A stretch of DNA of 64,000 nt from an uncultured Poribacteria bacterium. Lineage in GTDB: Bacteria > Poribacteria > WGA-4E > WGA-3G. The translations under genes and the position numbers were made by a program. Location of the stretch: positions 3,808,001-3,872,000 of the forward strand of contig OX638351.1 of the NCBI GenBank assembly GCA_951813565.1. The letters run 5' to 3'. The notes beneath the pieces were generated by a model. That model was not told the DNA's origin, did not search any database, and was given only the letters and a program-made list of their open reading frames with translations. This document shows positions 10,111 through 20,800 of the stretch, one piece after another (within the stretch, counting starts at the first letter, position 1; each line of letters begins with the position of its first letter).

Positions 10111-13100
10111 ATGCACTACAATTTTATCACTCCAAACAACTTAACAGATGCAGAACTGGTTCGGCTTGTTCAAGCTCGCGATGAATCAGCATTCACGGAA
10201 TTGGTGTCTCGTTATAGCCCACGAATTTGGAATATCGTTGTCGAAAATTCGAGGCAAAGACGGGATGCGGAAGAAATTCTCATGGACATCTGGCTGGCTG
10301 TTTGGGAAAACATCATCGGTCTACGAAAAGCGGAAAGTTTTGGCGGCTGGTTACGCAGAATTGCTTACACCGCCTGCAACAGATACTACGCCTCCAACTT
10401 ACATCGGCAAAACGAAATTGTGCTTAGTTATGAAGATTTAGCTTTGCAGATTGATAGAGAAGCAGAACAGCGTTTTCATGATGCAAGCCTCAGAGCAGAT
10501 GCAAGAGAGGCTGTCCATCACCTTCCACAGAAGGTGCGGTCTGTTGGAATATTGTACTACCTCGAATTGTGGAGTATCAAAGAGATTGCAGATGAACTCA
10601 ACTTAGCAATCGGCACAGTCAAGACGAAGCTAAGCGAAGTCCGACAACTGCTCCGCAAGGAATTTGAGGTAGAGATAGAACCTATAAGGAGGGGAACTAT
10701 GACTCTTGAACAGAAAAAATCTGATAATTTGCAAACCAAGATAAAAGTTATAGGAGTCGGCGGAGCAGGTTGCAATGCTATAAAACGAATGATTGAAGAA
10801 GACTTCGTAGGCATTGAATTCTGTGCTGTTGATACCGATAAGGACACACTTAGCACATGCAACGGTGCAACACAAGTGCAAATAGGTGTTAACACTACTC
10901 AAGGCAGTAGCGCAGATGGAAATTTGGAAATCGGGAAAAGAGCGGCTGCGGAAAACATGGATGAACTCCGATCTATTGTTTCAGACGCAAAAATGGTTTT
11001 CATTACCGCAGGCATGGGCGGTGGAACCGGCACAGCCACTGCACCTCTAATAGCGTCGCTTGCACGAGAGCAAGGGGCATTAACAGCCTGCTTTGTAACA
11101 CGCCCGTTCGATTCTGAAGGCGAACACCGTGCTGAAAAAGCGGCGTATGGATTACGAGAATTGCAAAATAGTTCACGTGTCTGTGCGGATGCTGTTGTCG
11201 TTGTGCCGAACCAACGAGTTCTTGATATGATTGACCAAGAATTGCCGATACAGGAAGCGTTCCAAAAAAGCGATGAAATCCTGGTCCAAGGCGTTAGATG
11301 CATTGCAGATATGCTTGTAGAAACTGGCGAAATTTCTCTTGACTTTGATGATATTCAAAGTGTGCTGCGTGACCAAGGGTCTATTCTCATGGGTATTGGA
11401 AAAGCAAAAGGTGAAAATCGCGCGAAAATCGCTGCAGAAAACGCAATTTCCTCTCCTTTACTTGAAGAAAACAGTATTGCGGGAGACGGTGTGTGGATTG
11501 TTAACATTGCCTCGCCGCCAAATTTCACAATGCAGGAATTGGATCAAGCCATGAAAATCATTGTAGAAACATGTGAAAATGCCCAACCTATCTTCGGATT
11601 AGTCTACAAGGATGAATTAGAACTTAACGATGAAGTTCTTGTAACTGTCCTTGCTAATGGACTTGATTCACAAAAAGAACAGGTTTCTCCAATTTCTTCC
11701 AGCGAACGTAGTGCATCTACTGGCCAAGGCAATGTTATTTCGCCTTCAAGCGGTTCAGAATTTGTTCATCTACACAATCACAGTGAATATAGCTTGTTAG
11801 ACGGTGCGTGTCGAATCCCAGATATGGTGCAGTGGGCAATTGAGAACAGTTCGCCTGCTGTTGCACTTACAGACCACGGTAACATGTTCGGTGCGTGGGA
11901 ATTTTACAACACTGCTAAAGCAGCAGGTGTTAATCCCATTGTCGGATGTGAGGTATATGTTGAAACGGAAAAAGAAAAATCAGATAGCAATTCCCAATGT
12001 TCACCGTCCCATCTCACCTTACTTGCAGAAGACACTGTAGGATATCATAATCTTTTAGAATTGACATCACTGGGATATACAGAAGGTTTCCATAGAAAAC
12101 CGCGCATCAACCTGGAAATGCTGCGTGAACATCACGGTGGCATTATTGCACTGACAGGATGCATTAATGGAATAGTGCCGAAGCTAATTTGTTCTAATCA
12201 AAGAGACGAAGCAGTCCGAAACTTGTTAGAATTGAAAGACATCATGGGAGAGGATAACCTCTTTGTAGAAGTTCAAAACCACTATACTGATGAGGAGTTA
12301 ACGACATATCCAGTGATGGTTGAGTTCGCAAATGAATTCAATCTTCCTATCGTGGGGTCAAACGATTGCCACTACCTCCGAAAATCCGACCACCGCATGC
12401 ACGAGGTCCTTCTCTGTATCCAGACAAAGAAGACCGTCAACGACCCAGAACGGATGCGATTTAACAATCATTTTTACTTTAAAAATGTTGACGAAATGCG
12501 GGAAGCACTTAAGGATTATCCACCCGAAGCAATTATCAATACAGTTGAAATTGCTGATCGGTGTAATCTGAAACTGGATTACGACAAAAGTGTGATGCCA
12601 ATATTTGAGATTCCTGATGGACATACACATAACAGTTATCTGAAAGAACAGTGCTACAAAGGTTTGCAAGAAAAATATGGAGGACATATCTCTGAACCGA
12701 TTCATAGGCGGTTGGATTATGAACTGGATGTTATTCAACAAACTGGTTATGCAAATTATTTTCTGATTGTCGCAGATTACGTCGGCTACGCCAACGAACA
12801 AGGTTATTTACTCTCTGCTCGCGGTTCTGCTGCAAGTAGCCTCGTGCTTTATGCGCTCGGTGTAATCAATTTCAATCCGATGGATCATGGGTGTTTGTTT
12901 GAAAGGTTTTTAAATCTTAATAGAATAAATCCGCCGGACATTGATATAGATTTTGCTGCCCATGCCCGTGACGATGTGATTGATTACCTCGTGAGGAAAT
13001 ACGGTCATGATTCTGTCGGTAAAGTTGCTACCTTTGCTAAGTTGGGGGCAAAAACTGCTATCAAAGATGTCGGACGTGCACTTGAAATCCCTCTTGATAA

Positions 13101-14403
13101 CATAGATACCTTGACAAAACTAATTCCAAACCAGCCGGGGATTGCGCTTGATGATGCTTTGGAACAAGTGTCTGAATTTCAGACGCTTGCTGAACTCCCT
13201 GAAAATAGAGAGTTAATTGAAATTAGCAGAGCAGTAGAAGGTATGAAACGGCATGTCTCATGTCATTCATCTGCAATTGTGGTTTCAAACGGACCACTTA
13301 GCAATTACGCCCCACTTTTCAAGGATAGACATGGACAAATCGCAACGCAATTTGAGGGAAAAACGGTTGAAGATGTTGGCATTATTAAACTTGATACACT
13401 TGGTGTCCGAAGTCTTTCAGAGGTTGCTGATTGTCTCAATATGATTCTGGAAAACCGTGGTCGCAGGATTGCACTTGAAGATATTCCATTTGACGATAAA
13501 CCGACTTATTCACTCATTAGTGAAGGATTGATTGCTGGGTTGTTCCAACTCGAAACCTCTTTCGGTATGTATAATGTGGTTACCGAACTTAAGCCAGAAA
13601 ATTTTGAGGTATTTTCCGCAATTCCTGCGCTTTATCGTCCAGGTCCGTTAGAAAGCGGCATGATGCAGCAGTTTATCAACCGAAAAAATGGATTAGAATC
13701 GGTGAGTTATCTGCATGCGTCGTTTGAGGATGCCCTTAAAAACACTTACGGTGTCTGTATCTATCAGGAACAGGTGATGCAAATTGCGTGTGATATTGCC
13801 GGGTTCACGCTTGGTGAGGCAGATATCCTCCGTGATGCGATAGGAAAAAGGAAAGTAGACGTCCTTGAAGAACAACGTCCGAAATTCATCAATAGGGCAG
13901 TTCAAAAGGGTATTTCCACTAAAGAAGCAGAGGAGATATACGACCACCTTGAACAACTTGGCAAATATGCTTTCAACAAATCGCACTCCGTAGCTTATGC
14001 GCTATTAGCCTACCGAATGGCGTATCTAAAAACGCATTATCCACATGAATTTATGGCAGCAATGATGACGGGAGAGGCAGCAAACAAAGAAAAGATAAAG
14101 CGTTACCAAGCTGAATGTGCGAAACTCGCTGACTTTTTGGATGTAGAAATTAATCTGTTACCGCTTGATATCAACACCAGCGAAAAGAATTGCACTGTGG
14201 ATGGAAACGATATCCGTTTCGGGTTTGTTGCTCTCAAAGGCGTGAGTGATGAAGTGAAAGATTTACTTCTTGTGAAAAGAAATCAGGACGGTTTATTCAC
14301 ATCGATTCAAGATTTCCGTGATCGTTTTGATTCAACAGAGATGGACAAAGAAGTGATTGAAAGTCTCGTCGCCTCAGGTGCATTTAACGCTCTTCCCGCA
14401 TAA
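10111..14403 (+). CDS. Fusion protein: ECF sigma factor + FtsZ GTPase core + DNA polymerase III alpha (DnaE) PHP/polymerase core
   Basis: Sigma ~10140-10670 (DAELV..AFTELV..DAEEI..F.GWL.RIA; SIKEIADEL..GTVKTKL); FtsZ ~10735-11660 (KIKVIGVGGAGCNA, AGMGGGTGT, PF..EG, LDFDD, A..AISSPLL); DnaE 11761-14400 (FVHLHNHSEYSLLDG, RGSAA, PPDIDIDF, ALYRPGP, YQEQVM, YAFNKSH). ORF track start is TTG 10096. Confidence 0.9.
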   Translation: MHYNFITPNNLTDAELVRLVQARDESAFTELVSRYSPRIWNIVVENSRQRRDAEEILMDIWLAVWENIIGLRKAESFGGWLRRIAYTACNRYYASNLHRQNEIVLSYEDLALQIDREAEQRFHDASLRADAREAVHHLPQKVRSVGILYYLELWSIKEIADELNLAIGTVKTKLSEVRQLLRKEFEVEIEPIRRGTMTLEQKKSDNLQTKIKVIGVGGAGCNAIKRMIEEDFVGIEFCAVDTDKDTLSTCNGATQVQIGVNTTQGSSADGNLEIGKRAAAENMDELRSIVSDAKMVFITAGMGGGTGTATAPLIASLAREQGALTACFVTRPFDSEGEHRAEKAAYGLRELQNSSRVCADAVVVVPNQRVLDMIDQELPIQEAFQKSDEILVQGVRCIADMLVETGEISLDFDDIQSVLRDQGSILMGIGKAKGENRAKIAAENAISSPLLEENSIAGDGVWIVNIASPPNFTMQELDQAMKIIVETCENAQPIFGLVYKDELELNDEVLVTVLANGLDSQKEQVSPISSSERSASTGQGNVISPSSGSEFVHLHNHSEYSLLDGACRIPDMVQWAIENSSPAVALTDHGNMFGAWEFYNTAKAAGVNPIVGCEVYVETEKEKSDSNSQCSPSHLTLLAEDTVGYHNLLELTSLGYTEGFHRKPRINLEMLREHHGGIIALTGCINGIVPKLICSNQRDEAVRNLLELKDIMGEDNLFVEVQNHYTDEELTTYPVMVEFANEFNLPIVGSNDCHYLRKSDHRMHEVLLCIQTKKTVNDPERMRFNNHFYFKNVDEMREALKDYPPEAIINTVEIADRCNLKLDYDKSVMPIFEIPDGHTHNSYLKEQCYKGLQEKYGGHISEPIHRRLDYELDVIQQTGYANYFLIVADYVGYANEQGYLLSARGSAASSLVLYALGVINFNPMDHGCLFERFLNLNRINPPDIDIDFAAHARDDVIDYLVRKYGHDSVGKVATFAKLGAKTAIKDVGRALEIPLDNIDTLTKLIPNQPGIALDDALEQVSEFQTLAELPENRELIEISRAVEGMKRHVSCHSSAIVVSNGPLSNYAPLFKDRHGQIATQFEGKTVEDVGIIKLDTLGVRSLSEVADCLNMILENRGRRIALEDIPFDDKPTYSLISEGLIAGLFQLETSFGMYNVVTELKPENFEVFSAIPALYRPGPLESGMMQQFINRKNGLESVSYLHASFEDALKNTYGVCIYQEQVMQIACDIAGFTLGEADILRDAIGKRKVDVLEEQRPKFINRAVQKGISTKEAEEIYDHLEQLGKYAFNKSHSVAYALLAYRMAYLKTHYPHEFMAAMMTGEAANKEKIKRYQAECAKLADFLDVEINLLPLDINTSEKNCTVDGNDIRFGFVALKGVSDEVKDLLLVKRNQDGLFTSIQDFRDRFDSTEMDKEVIESLVASGAFNALPA

Positions 14404-14421
14404 TACATCTTTCCTACCATC

Positions 14422-14452
14422 ATGGGCAGGTCATTGTGTCTGCCCATCTTTA
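14422..14452 (+). terminator. Probable intrinsic terminator after the fusion gene
   Basis: ATGGGCAG-10nt-CTGCCCAT followed by CTTTA. Confidence 0.55.
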
Positions 14453-14588
14453 TGTGCCGATTCCATCCCCTCTTACAAATGGATTGACTTTCCATAAAAT
14501 ATCTGATATACTTACAGAAACAGGCGCAGTTGATTGTAGGGTTCAAATTTATCCTTCACATTACCTTTATACTTCAGGAGATGGCGCG

Positions 14589-15260
14589 ATGCAACCCAAA
14601 ATACACTCAGCCCCAGCAATCGTCTATCCCGAATCGGACGGTAAACCTATGGCAGAGACTGACTTACATCGAAATCTGATGTTTGATTATATTAAAATGC
14701 TAACACACCATTTTGAAAACAGGAATGACGTTTATGTATCGGGCAATTTGCTGATATACTATGAAGAAGGCAACCCCAAAAAGTCGGTTGCGCCTGATGT
14801 GTTTGTCGTCTTCGGCGTATCAGAAAAATCCCGTCGTACCTTTTTGACATGGGAAGAGGGGCAAACCCCAGACTTTGTGTTAGAGGTAGCAAGTGCCAGC
14901 ACACATCAAAACGACATCGGACATAAGAAAGATCTTTATGCGTCAGTACTTGAAGTTGAAGAGTATTATATCTACGATCCGTATGGCGAGATAAGTCCGA
15001 ACTTCATAGGTTACCGTTTAGTAGAAGGGGCATATCAAGAAATTGAGTTTGTTGATGAACGACTCCCTTCGCGTGTGCTTGGTTTAGAACTCGGTGAACG
15101 TGATGGTGTATTTGGTCTATACAACCCAGATACTGGAGAATGGTTGCAACCGCCTGAACAGCGTGCCGAACAAGAATCCGCTGCTCGGAAAGACGCTGAA
15201 GCTGAACTTGCAAAAGCCTTAGCTGAACTTGAACGTCTTCGTGCAACCATCAACGATTGA
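14589..15260 (+). CDS. Uma2 (DUF820) family endonuclease
   Basis: YPESDGKPMAE, APDVFVV, PDFVLEVAS, D..KK.LY, EEYYIYDP; C-terminal coiled tail; CAGGAG RBS before ATG 14589. Confidence 0.9.
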   Translation: MQPKIHSAPAIVYPESDGKPMAETDLHRNLMFDYIKMLTHHFENRNDVYVSGNLLIYYEEGNPKKSVAPDVFVVFGVSEKSRRTFLTWEEGQTPDFVLEVASASTHQNDIGHKKDLYASVLEVEEYYIYDPYGEISPNFIGYRLVEGAYQEIEFVDERLPSRVLGLELGERDGVFGLYNPDTGEWLQPPEQRAEQESAARKDAEAELAKALAELERLRATIND

Positions 15261-15302
15261 TTTACATGTGAAATTTCAGACAGATATTCGTAAAGAGGTA
15301 AG

Positions 15303-16205
15303 ATGAATAGTACCGAACGTTTCCACAACTTTACCCAAGTCGAACTACCGCAAGGTTTTAAGGAAAGACTCAATAGAAAGCAGGTAGCCGAGATTACGTT
15401 TTCACCGAACGGTTCACGACTTGCAGCAGGCGGTGCCGAACGAATCTGGGTATACGATTTAGCCAGTGGTGAACAGTCTACTGTGCTTTCAGGGCATACA
15501 GATAAAATCCGTGCGATAGCATTCGCGCTAGACAATCGCACCCTCGCCAGTGCAAGTGAGGACAGTACCCTCCGATTATGGGACGCAGACACTGCTAACG
15601 AAATAGCAACGCTCGCAGGCGAATCTTCAAGTTTAGTCAGTGCGTTAGCATCATCTCCAGACGGTGTGCCACTGACCGCGTGGAATGAGGAGACCGCGCT
15701 TATGTTAAGCGGTTCAACTGCTGACCCCGCCAGAATTAGAGCGTTAGCCTTCTCATCAGATGGAAATACGCTTGTGAGCGGCGGTGTGGACGGTAAAATT
15801 CGAGTCTGGGAATTAGAAACTGGTCGTCAGTTGTCATCTATTGCAGCACATGATGGATTAGTATTGGCACTTGCATTTTCCCCTGACGGCAAACTGCTTG
15901 CCAGTGGTGGATCAGATGCTACAGTGCGGTTATGGGAATTAGACAGTAAACATCTTCTTTCAACCTTTACCGCACATTCGGATTCGGTAAATGCCTTAGC
16001 GTTTTCCCTTGATGGGAAAATACTTGCGAGTGGCGGGAGAGATCCAGAAATCCGGTTATGGAATGTAGGAGCGATGGGTCTGATGTCCACTATCCCTGCG
16101 CAAGCAGGTTTTGTGTGGGAATTGGCATTTTGGGGCAGCGATCAAGACGATAAACAACAACTTATCAGTGTAAGCAGAGATGGTGTGCTTTTTGTGAGAG
16201 AATAG
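15303..16205 (+). CDS. WD40 repeat protein
   Basis: Repeated GH/AH...AFSPDG..LASG..D..VRLW(D/E) units. Confidence 0.92.
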   Translation: MNSTERFHNFTQVELPQGFKERLNRKQVAEITFSPNGSRLAAGGAERIWVYDLASGEQSTVLSGHTDKIRAIAFALDNRTLASASEDSTLRLWDADTANEIATLAGESSSLVSALASSPDGVPLTAWNEETALMLSGSTADPARIRALAFSSDGNTLVSGGVDGKIRVWELETGRQLSSIAAHDGLVLALAFSPDGKLLASGGSDATVRLWELDSKHLLSTFTAHSDSVNALAFSLDGKILASGGRDPEIRLWNVGAMGLMSTIPAQAGFVWELAFWGSDQDDKQQLISVSRDGVLFVRE

Positions 16206-16331
16206 ATATGACATTTTAATATAATCGAGATGCAGATATTTTGTATATAAATGAGGGGTGTGCATAATTGAATTTAGTCAGGATATAGGTTATACTCTTA
16301 TCTTAAAGTATAAAAGAAAGGGGTATTAACC

Positions 16332-17700
16332 ATGTGTTATCCTGACCAAAAGTATTATATCATGTTTTTCTTTCAACGCTACAAAGATTTTGAGGTGTCT
16401 ATCAAATACAATCAAACTAAAGGTAAAGGGAGACCTAAAATACATTCTGATAGTTCACTTGTTGTCTTCTTCGCCTTTATGGAACTTAGAGGTATAAATC
16501 GGTTCAAAGCACAGCATCTATTTCTTCTCACACATGCAGACTGGTTGAAGCGGTTCAAGTTCAAAAGTGTCCCTGATCGAACGACCTTATCCCGTCGCTA
16601 TAAACAACTAATACCAAATTAACGAGAATTGCATTGTTTTCATTGCCGATGGTAAGGGCGGGCACAGAGACCCGCTCCTACGATTTAGGGTAATTTGGTA
16701 TTACTTCCTTCTTCCTGTAGGAGCGAGCTCCAGCTCGCGACATCTTATACCAAATTAACGAGAATTGTATTGTTTTCACTGCCGATGGTAAGGGCGGGCA
16801 CAGAGACCCGCCCCTACGATTTAGGGTAATTTGGTATTACTTCCCTCTTCTTGTAGGAGCGAGCTCCAGCTCGCGACATCTTATACCAAATTAACGAGAA
16901 TTGCATTGTTTTCACTGCCGATGGTAAGGGCGGGCACAGAGACCCGCCCCTACGATTTAGGGTAATTTGGTATAACACTGCGTATTGAGCAGTTTGTTGA
17001 GTATCTCGGTGATTTGGGTGTATCTTTAGACACTCAGACCCCCCGAGATATTGTCTATGAAGACAAAAGTCTCTATAAAGCACAAGGCAGTGTATGGCAT
17101 CAAAAGCACCGAAAAGCGAACCACATCCTTGAAGGATTACGCGCCCTGGATACAGATGCGAGTTGGTCAACAAGCAAGTATCGCGGATGGGTTTATGGGT
17201 ATGGACTTCATCTCACAACTACTGCCAACGGATTTCCACGGTTCGCCGATGTTTATACTGCTTCTGTGAGTGAAAAAACGGGACTTGACCAAAAGATTGA
17301 TGCGCTGCTTGATCGGAATATTAGGTATATCGTAGCAGATGCTGGCTATACTGACTTTGCGCGTATCCAGACACACGCAAAAAACGGATTATTCCTTTTG
17401 ACACCCATAACGGTTGCTAAAAACAACAAAAAGTTAGCTTATCTTGAGGCGATTGAAACATCACCACACCTACAAGCATATCAGCAAAAACGCAAAACAA
17501 CCATTGAACCGATCTTTAGTCTGCTATGCGAACTGACAGGAACAGATAATAATCAGAAACAACTTCCGGTGAGCCGTATTGAAAATGTCAAACCCTTTTT
17601 ATTATTGTCAATCGTCCTGCTACAAATAGCAATGTTAGTCAACCTAATTTGGAACTTACCAAGTAGAGAAGTTTCACGGATGATCGCTTTATTTCAATAA
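16332..17700 (+). pseudogene. DDE transposase disrupted by a 364-bp MITE array
   Basis: PDRTTLSRR N-terminal part; GWVYGYGLH, ADAGY, R..IEPIF in C-terminal part; deleting 16612-16975 gives one 334-aa ORF. Confidence 0.85.
16609..16975. repeat. Three 89-bp TACCAAATT...AATTTGGTA MITE copies at 136-bp period
   Basis: Copies with TAA/TTA flanks at 16609-16703, 16745-16839, 16881-16975; spacers contain GTAGGAGCGAGCTCCAGCTCGCG. Confidence 0.92.
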
Positions 17701-17806
17701 TAAACTCCGTGTGAAAATATACTATTTTGTTATGAGTATTTATGCACACCCCCTCAATTATATAAGAGTGGAGGACGACTAAGGAAGTATATCAAGTTGG
17801 TGAAAA

Positions 17807-20800
17807 CTATTCATCAAGGGCGAAACGTAGCACACCCCGTCTGAATGTGCCAACATAGAGCGTATTCCCATCAACATCAAGACAAGAAACAGGATACGGA
17901 ATTTCTGGAGTGACTTGATGCCAAGTGTCTGAACCCTCCTGCAGTTGATATACTTTTCGCCTTGCAGTGCTGTAAACCGTTGTGCCATCCACAGCAAACC
18001 TAACCACGACAAGAGGAATTCCCTCTGCGTCAGTAAGCGTCTGCCAGTCAGTGCCATTTCTTGACCGAATAACACCTTTGTCGGTTGCCACATAAACAGA
18101 GTTTCCAACGAAAGTTATTGCATTGAAACGTCCAACAGAAAATGGTAGATTTTCGGTAACATCGTTCCAAGTGTCGCCTTCATCAAACGATTGCATGAGG
18201 CGTCCATCCCGTTTGCCGACGTAAACAGTTTTTCCTGAAACGGCAAACCATAAATTCTTGGCAATGACAAATTTGGAATTTAAGTCTATATGAATAGGTT
18301 TATCTATATCCGATATTCCTGTGTTGTACCAATTCAGGGATCCAATACGCCATCTGAAGAGTTCGTTTTGATATTCTAAGTAGTAAGCTGTGTCTGTAAC
18401 CGAGAAATTTCCAAGATGTGCCACAATTAGAAATTGGTTTTCGTTTTGACTAAGCTCAATCCACTCATGCGAAAATTGGCTCTTTGTCAAACCGAGTACA
18501 TTTTTCAAAACGGGTACTCTTGGAATATCTGTGAAGCTATTTCCTTCGGAAGACAATCGCAAAAAACGAGATGTACCTTTTCTACCTATACTGGCATAGA
18601 GTTCTCCATTGAATACTTCAATGTGTGTGAAGTCACTCGTATCGTTGGAAAAGGGTATCCATGATTCTCCATCATCAATAGAATACACAAGTCCAGTTTC
18701 TGTGTTCGCGTAAAGAGTCCCGTTAAGAACAATTAATTGTTGGACATTCGTATTCACAAGTCCGGTATTAAATTGATGCCACGACTTACCACTATCAGTT
18801 GAGCGATGAATCCCGTGAGTACCGCTTCTAAAGATAGTAGTTGCATTCAACATTACTGCCCCGGTAGCACTACTAATTTTGTCAGCCCCAACTTCAACTG
18901 TCGCCTTTTTTCCAGCATCAATTGAGTAGAATTCGCCTGCAGCTAAAGATGTCCACTCCTCACCAGCATCAATTGAGTAGAAGTGATCCTCACCGTCCAT
19001 CACCATCACTTTTACTCCGGATGCGGTAATCTTGGGAATTGAATTTTCCGCATTTGCCCATTGTATTTCTGATATTGCATAAGTGCTGTCTGGTAATTTA
19101 TTCACCTGTGGTTCTCTCTTTGGAGAACGACGGTTTTGAAGCTGTTTCTTGTCAGGAGAATCATACCTCGGAGTTATAGATTTCCACGAATTACCACGGT
19201 CGGTTGAGTGAAAAAGGGACCAAGCGATTCTTAGGGCTTCATTTCCCCTTAATTCTATCCAGCCTGGCAATTGTTTATCAGAAGGTGGAATAACAGTTGT
19301 GATGATACTTTCTGAACCGACTTTATATAATAGACCATCAGAAAATATCACTCCTTCCATTATTGCTGCAACATAGAGATGATTTTCTGTAACTACTAAC
19401 GCTACGATATCAAGTGTCTCATCTTGTGCATCCTCAGGATTGATAGATACTTGCTCCCACGTATCAGAATTAAGACGAAAGAGTCCTTTATCGGTACCCG
19501 CAAAGACAGTATTCTCAATCGCGGCGATTGCTTTAATTTTCTTGTCTTTTAGACCTTCGGGTAGTAGGGTCCACGATTTACCTGCATTATCCGTACGGAA
19601 TACTACGTTAGTATACGCAAGGTAGATAGTCATGTCGCTTAGTGCACCTGGAATTCCATCTGTTATTACCATATCAACAAGTGGTCCTTCTATAGACTCA
19701 CAGAGTGTCTCCCATGTTTCTCCTCTATCTGTAGAAGCCAGTATCTCATTCATGGTCGCGAGGTAGAGCGTATCCTGACGTTCTACTACGGGCCACCACA
19801 TTGGACTGGGTGTCAGTAAAGTGTGTGAAGGTCCCTTAGTGTTATTAATAAGTTTCCACGCAGTACCATCATCTGTGAGTCTGTATAAACCGTGTCGTGT
19901 GCCTGCGAACACGTCCCCACGGGTTGTTGTGAAGAGCCCAGACACTAAACCGCCTTCCGGTCCTTTCGTTTGTACCCACTGTTGTTTTGCGTTTGAAACC
20001 TCAGTTTCATCTGCGTTCGCTGCAGCGAATAGTGGATCATCAGGTTTCTGTCCTACCCCATTGCTCTTACCTGTTAAATCCACATGTCCAACTTGATTTC
20101 TCACTGCAGGTTTTGCTGGAGAATCAATGACAAGTTGTGCTTCTGATATTTCAATTGTTCGTTCTGATTGTGCGTTTAAGTTATACGGCTTTTGAAAATC
20201 ACTAAGACGTTGTGTGCCAATTCCCATCAGCAATAGCACTAAGACTGCAGAGGCAGCAGACATTGCTAACGGCACAAGTGGCTTACTGCCTGAAGGTGCG
20301 ACCGGATTAAGTCGTGAAATTTCTTTCATAATGTTTTCTGTCATTTGTGTTGGCAGTTGGAAACTACTAAGGTTTTCTTTAATCATTGTTTCCTCTTTCT
20401 TTAATCGGTTGCGGGCGCGGCTAAGACGGCTCCTAACAGTATTTGGGGATACACCGAGAAACTCGCTAATAGATTCACACTTCATTTCTCCAAGATAGTG
20501 AAGCGTCATCACTGTTCGTTCGCTTTCTGGCAATTTTTTGAGCAAATCTCTAACCAGTTCACGCCGAATTTCGTTAGCATCTGCCTCTCGCTGTTCTTCC
20601 ACGTATTGTGTATATGCCACTTGGTCCACCTCTTTGCTATCAACGGTTTCTAAGGATTGTATCGGCAGGCGTTTCTTTCGGAGCCATTCATTACACAGGT
20701 TAGTGGCAATAACATAGAGCCACCCACAAAATAGGTTGTGATTTTTCAAAGTTCCGAGTTTTTGATATGCCCTAAGAAAAACGTCCTGTGTAATTTCCTG

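Larger units (their letters stand above)
16244..17764 (+). mobile_element. IS element (DDE transposase, IS982/IS5-like), interrupted
   Basis: Core TIR GGGGTGTGCATAA (16255-16267) / TTATGCACACCCC (17740-17752), possibly extending to TATATAAATGAG / CTCAATTATATA; exact ends uncertain. Confidence 0.75.

Noticed and set aside
10111..14403. Intein or three separate genes
   Set aside because: No intein terminal motifs or homing-endonuclease motifs seen; no stop codons and no Met before the DnaE part
14404..14588. Frameshifted remainder of dnaE
   Set aside because: Too short for the missing domains; a terminator hairpin and then the Uma2 RBS follow
16609..16975. CRISPR array
   Set aside because: Unit is 89-95 bp with near-identical spacers and terminal inverted repeats; no cas genes; it is a MITE array
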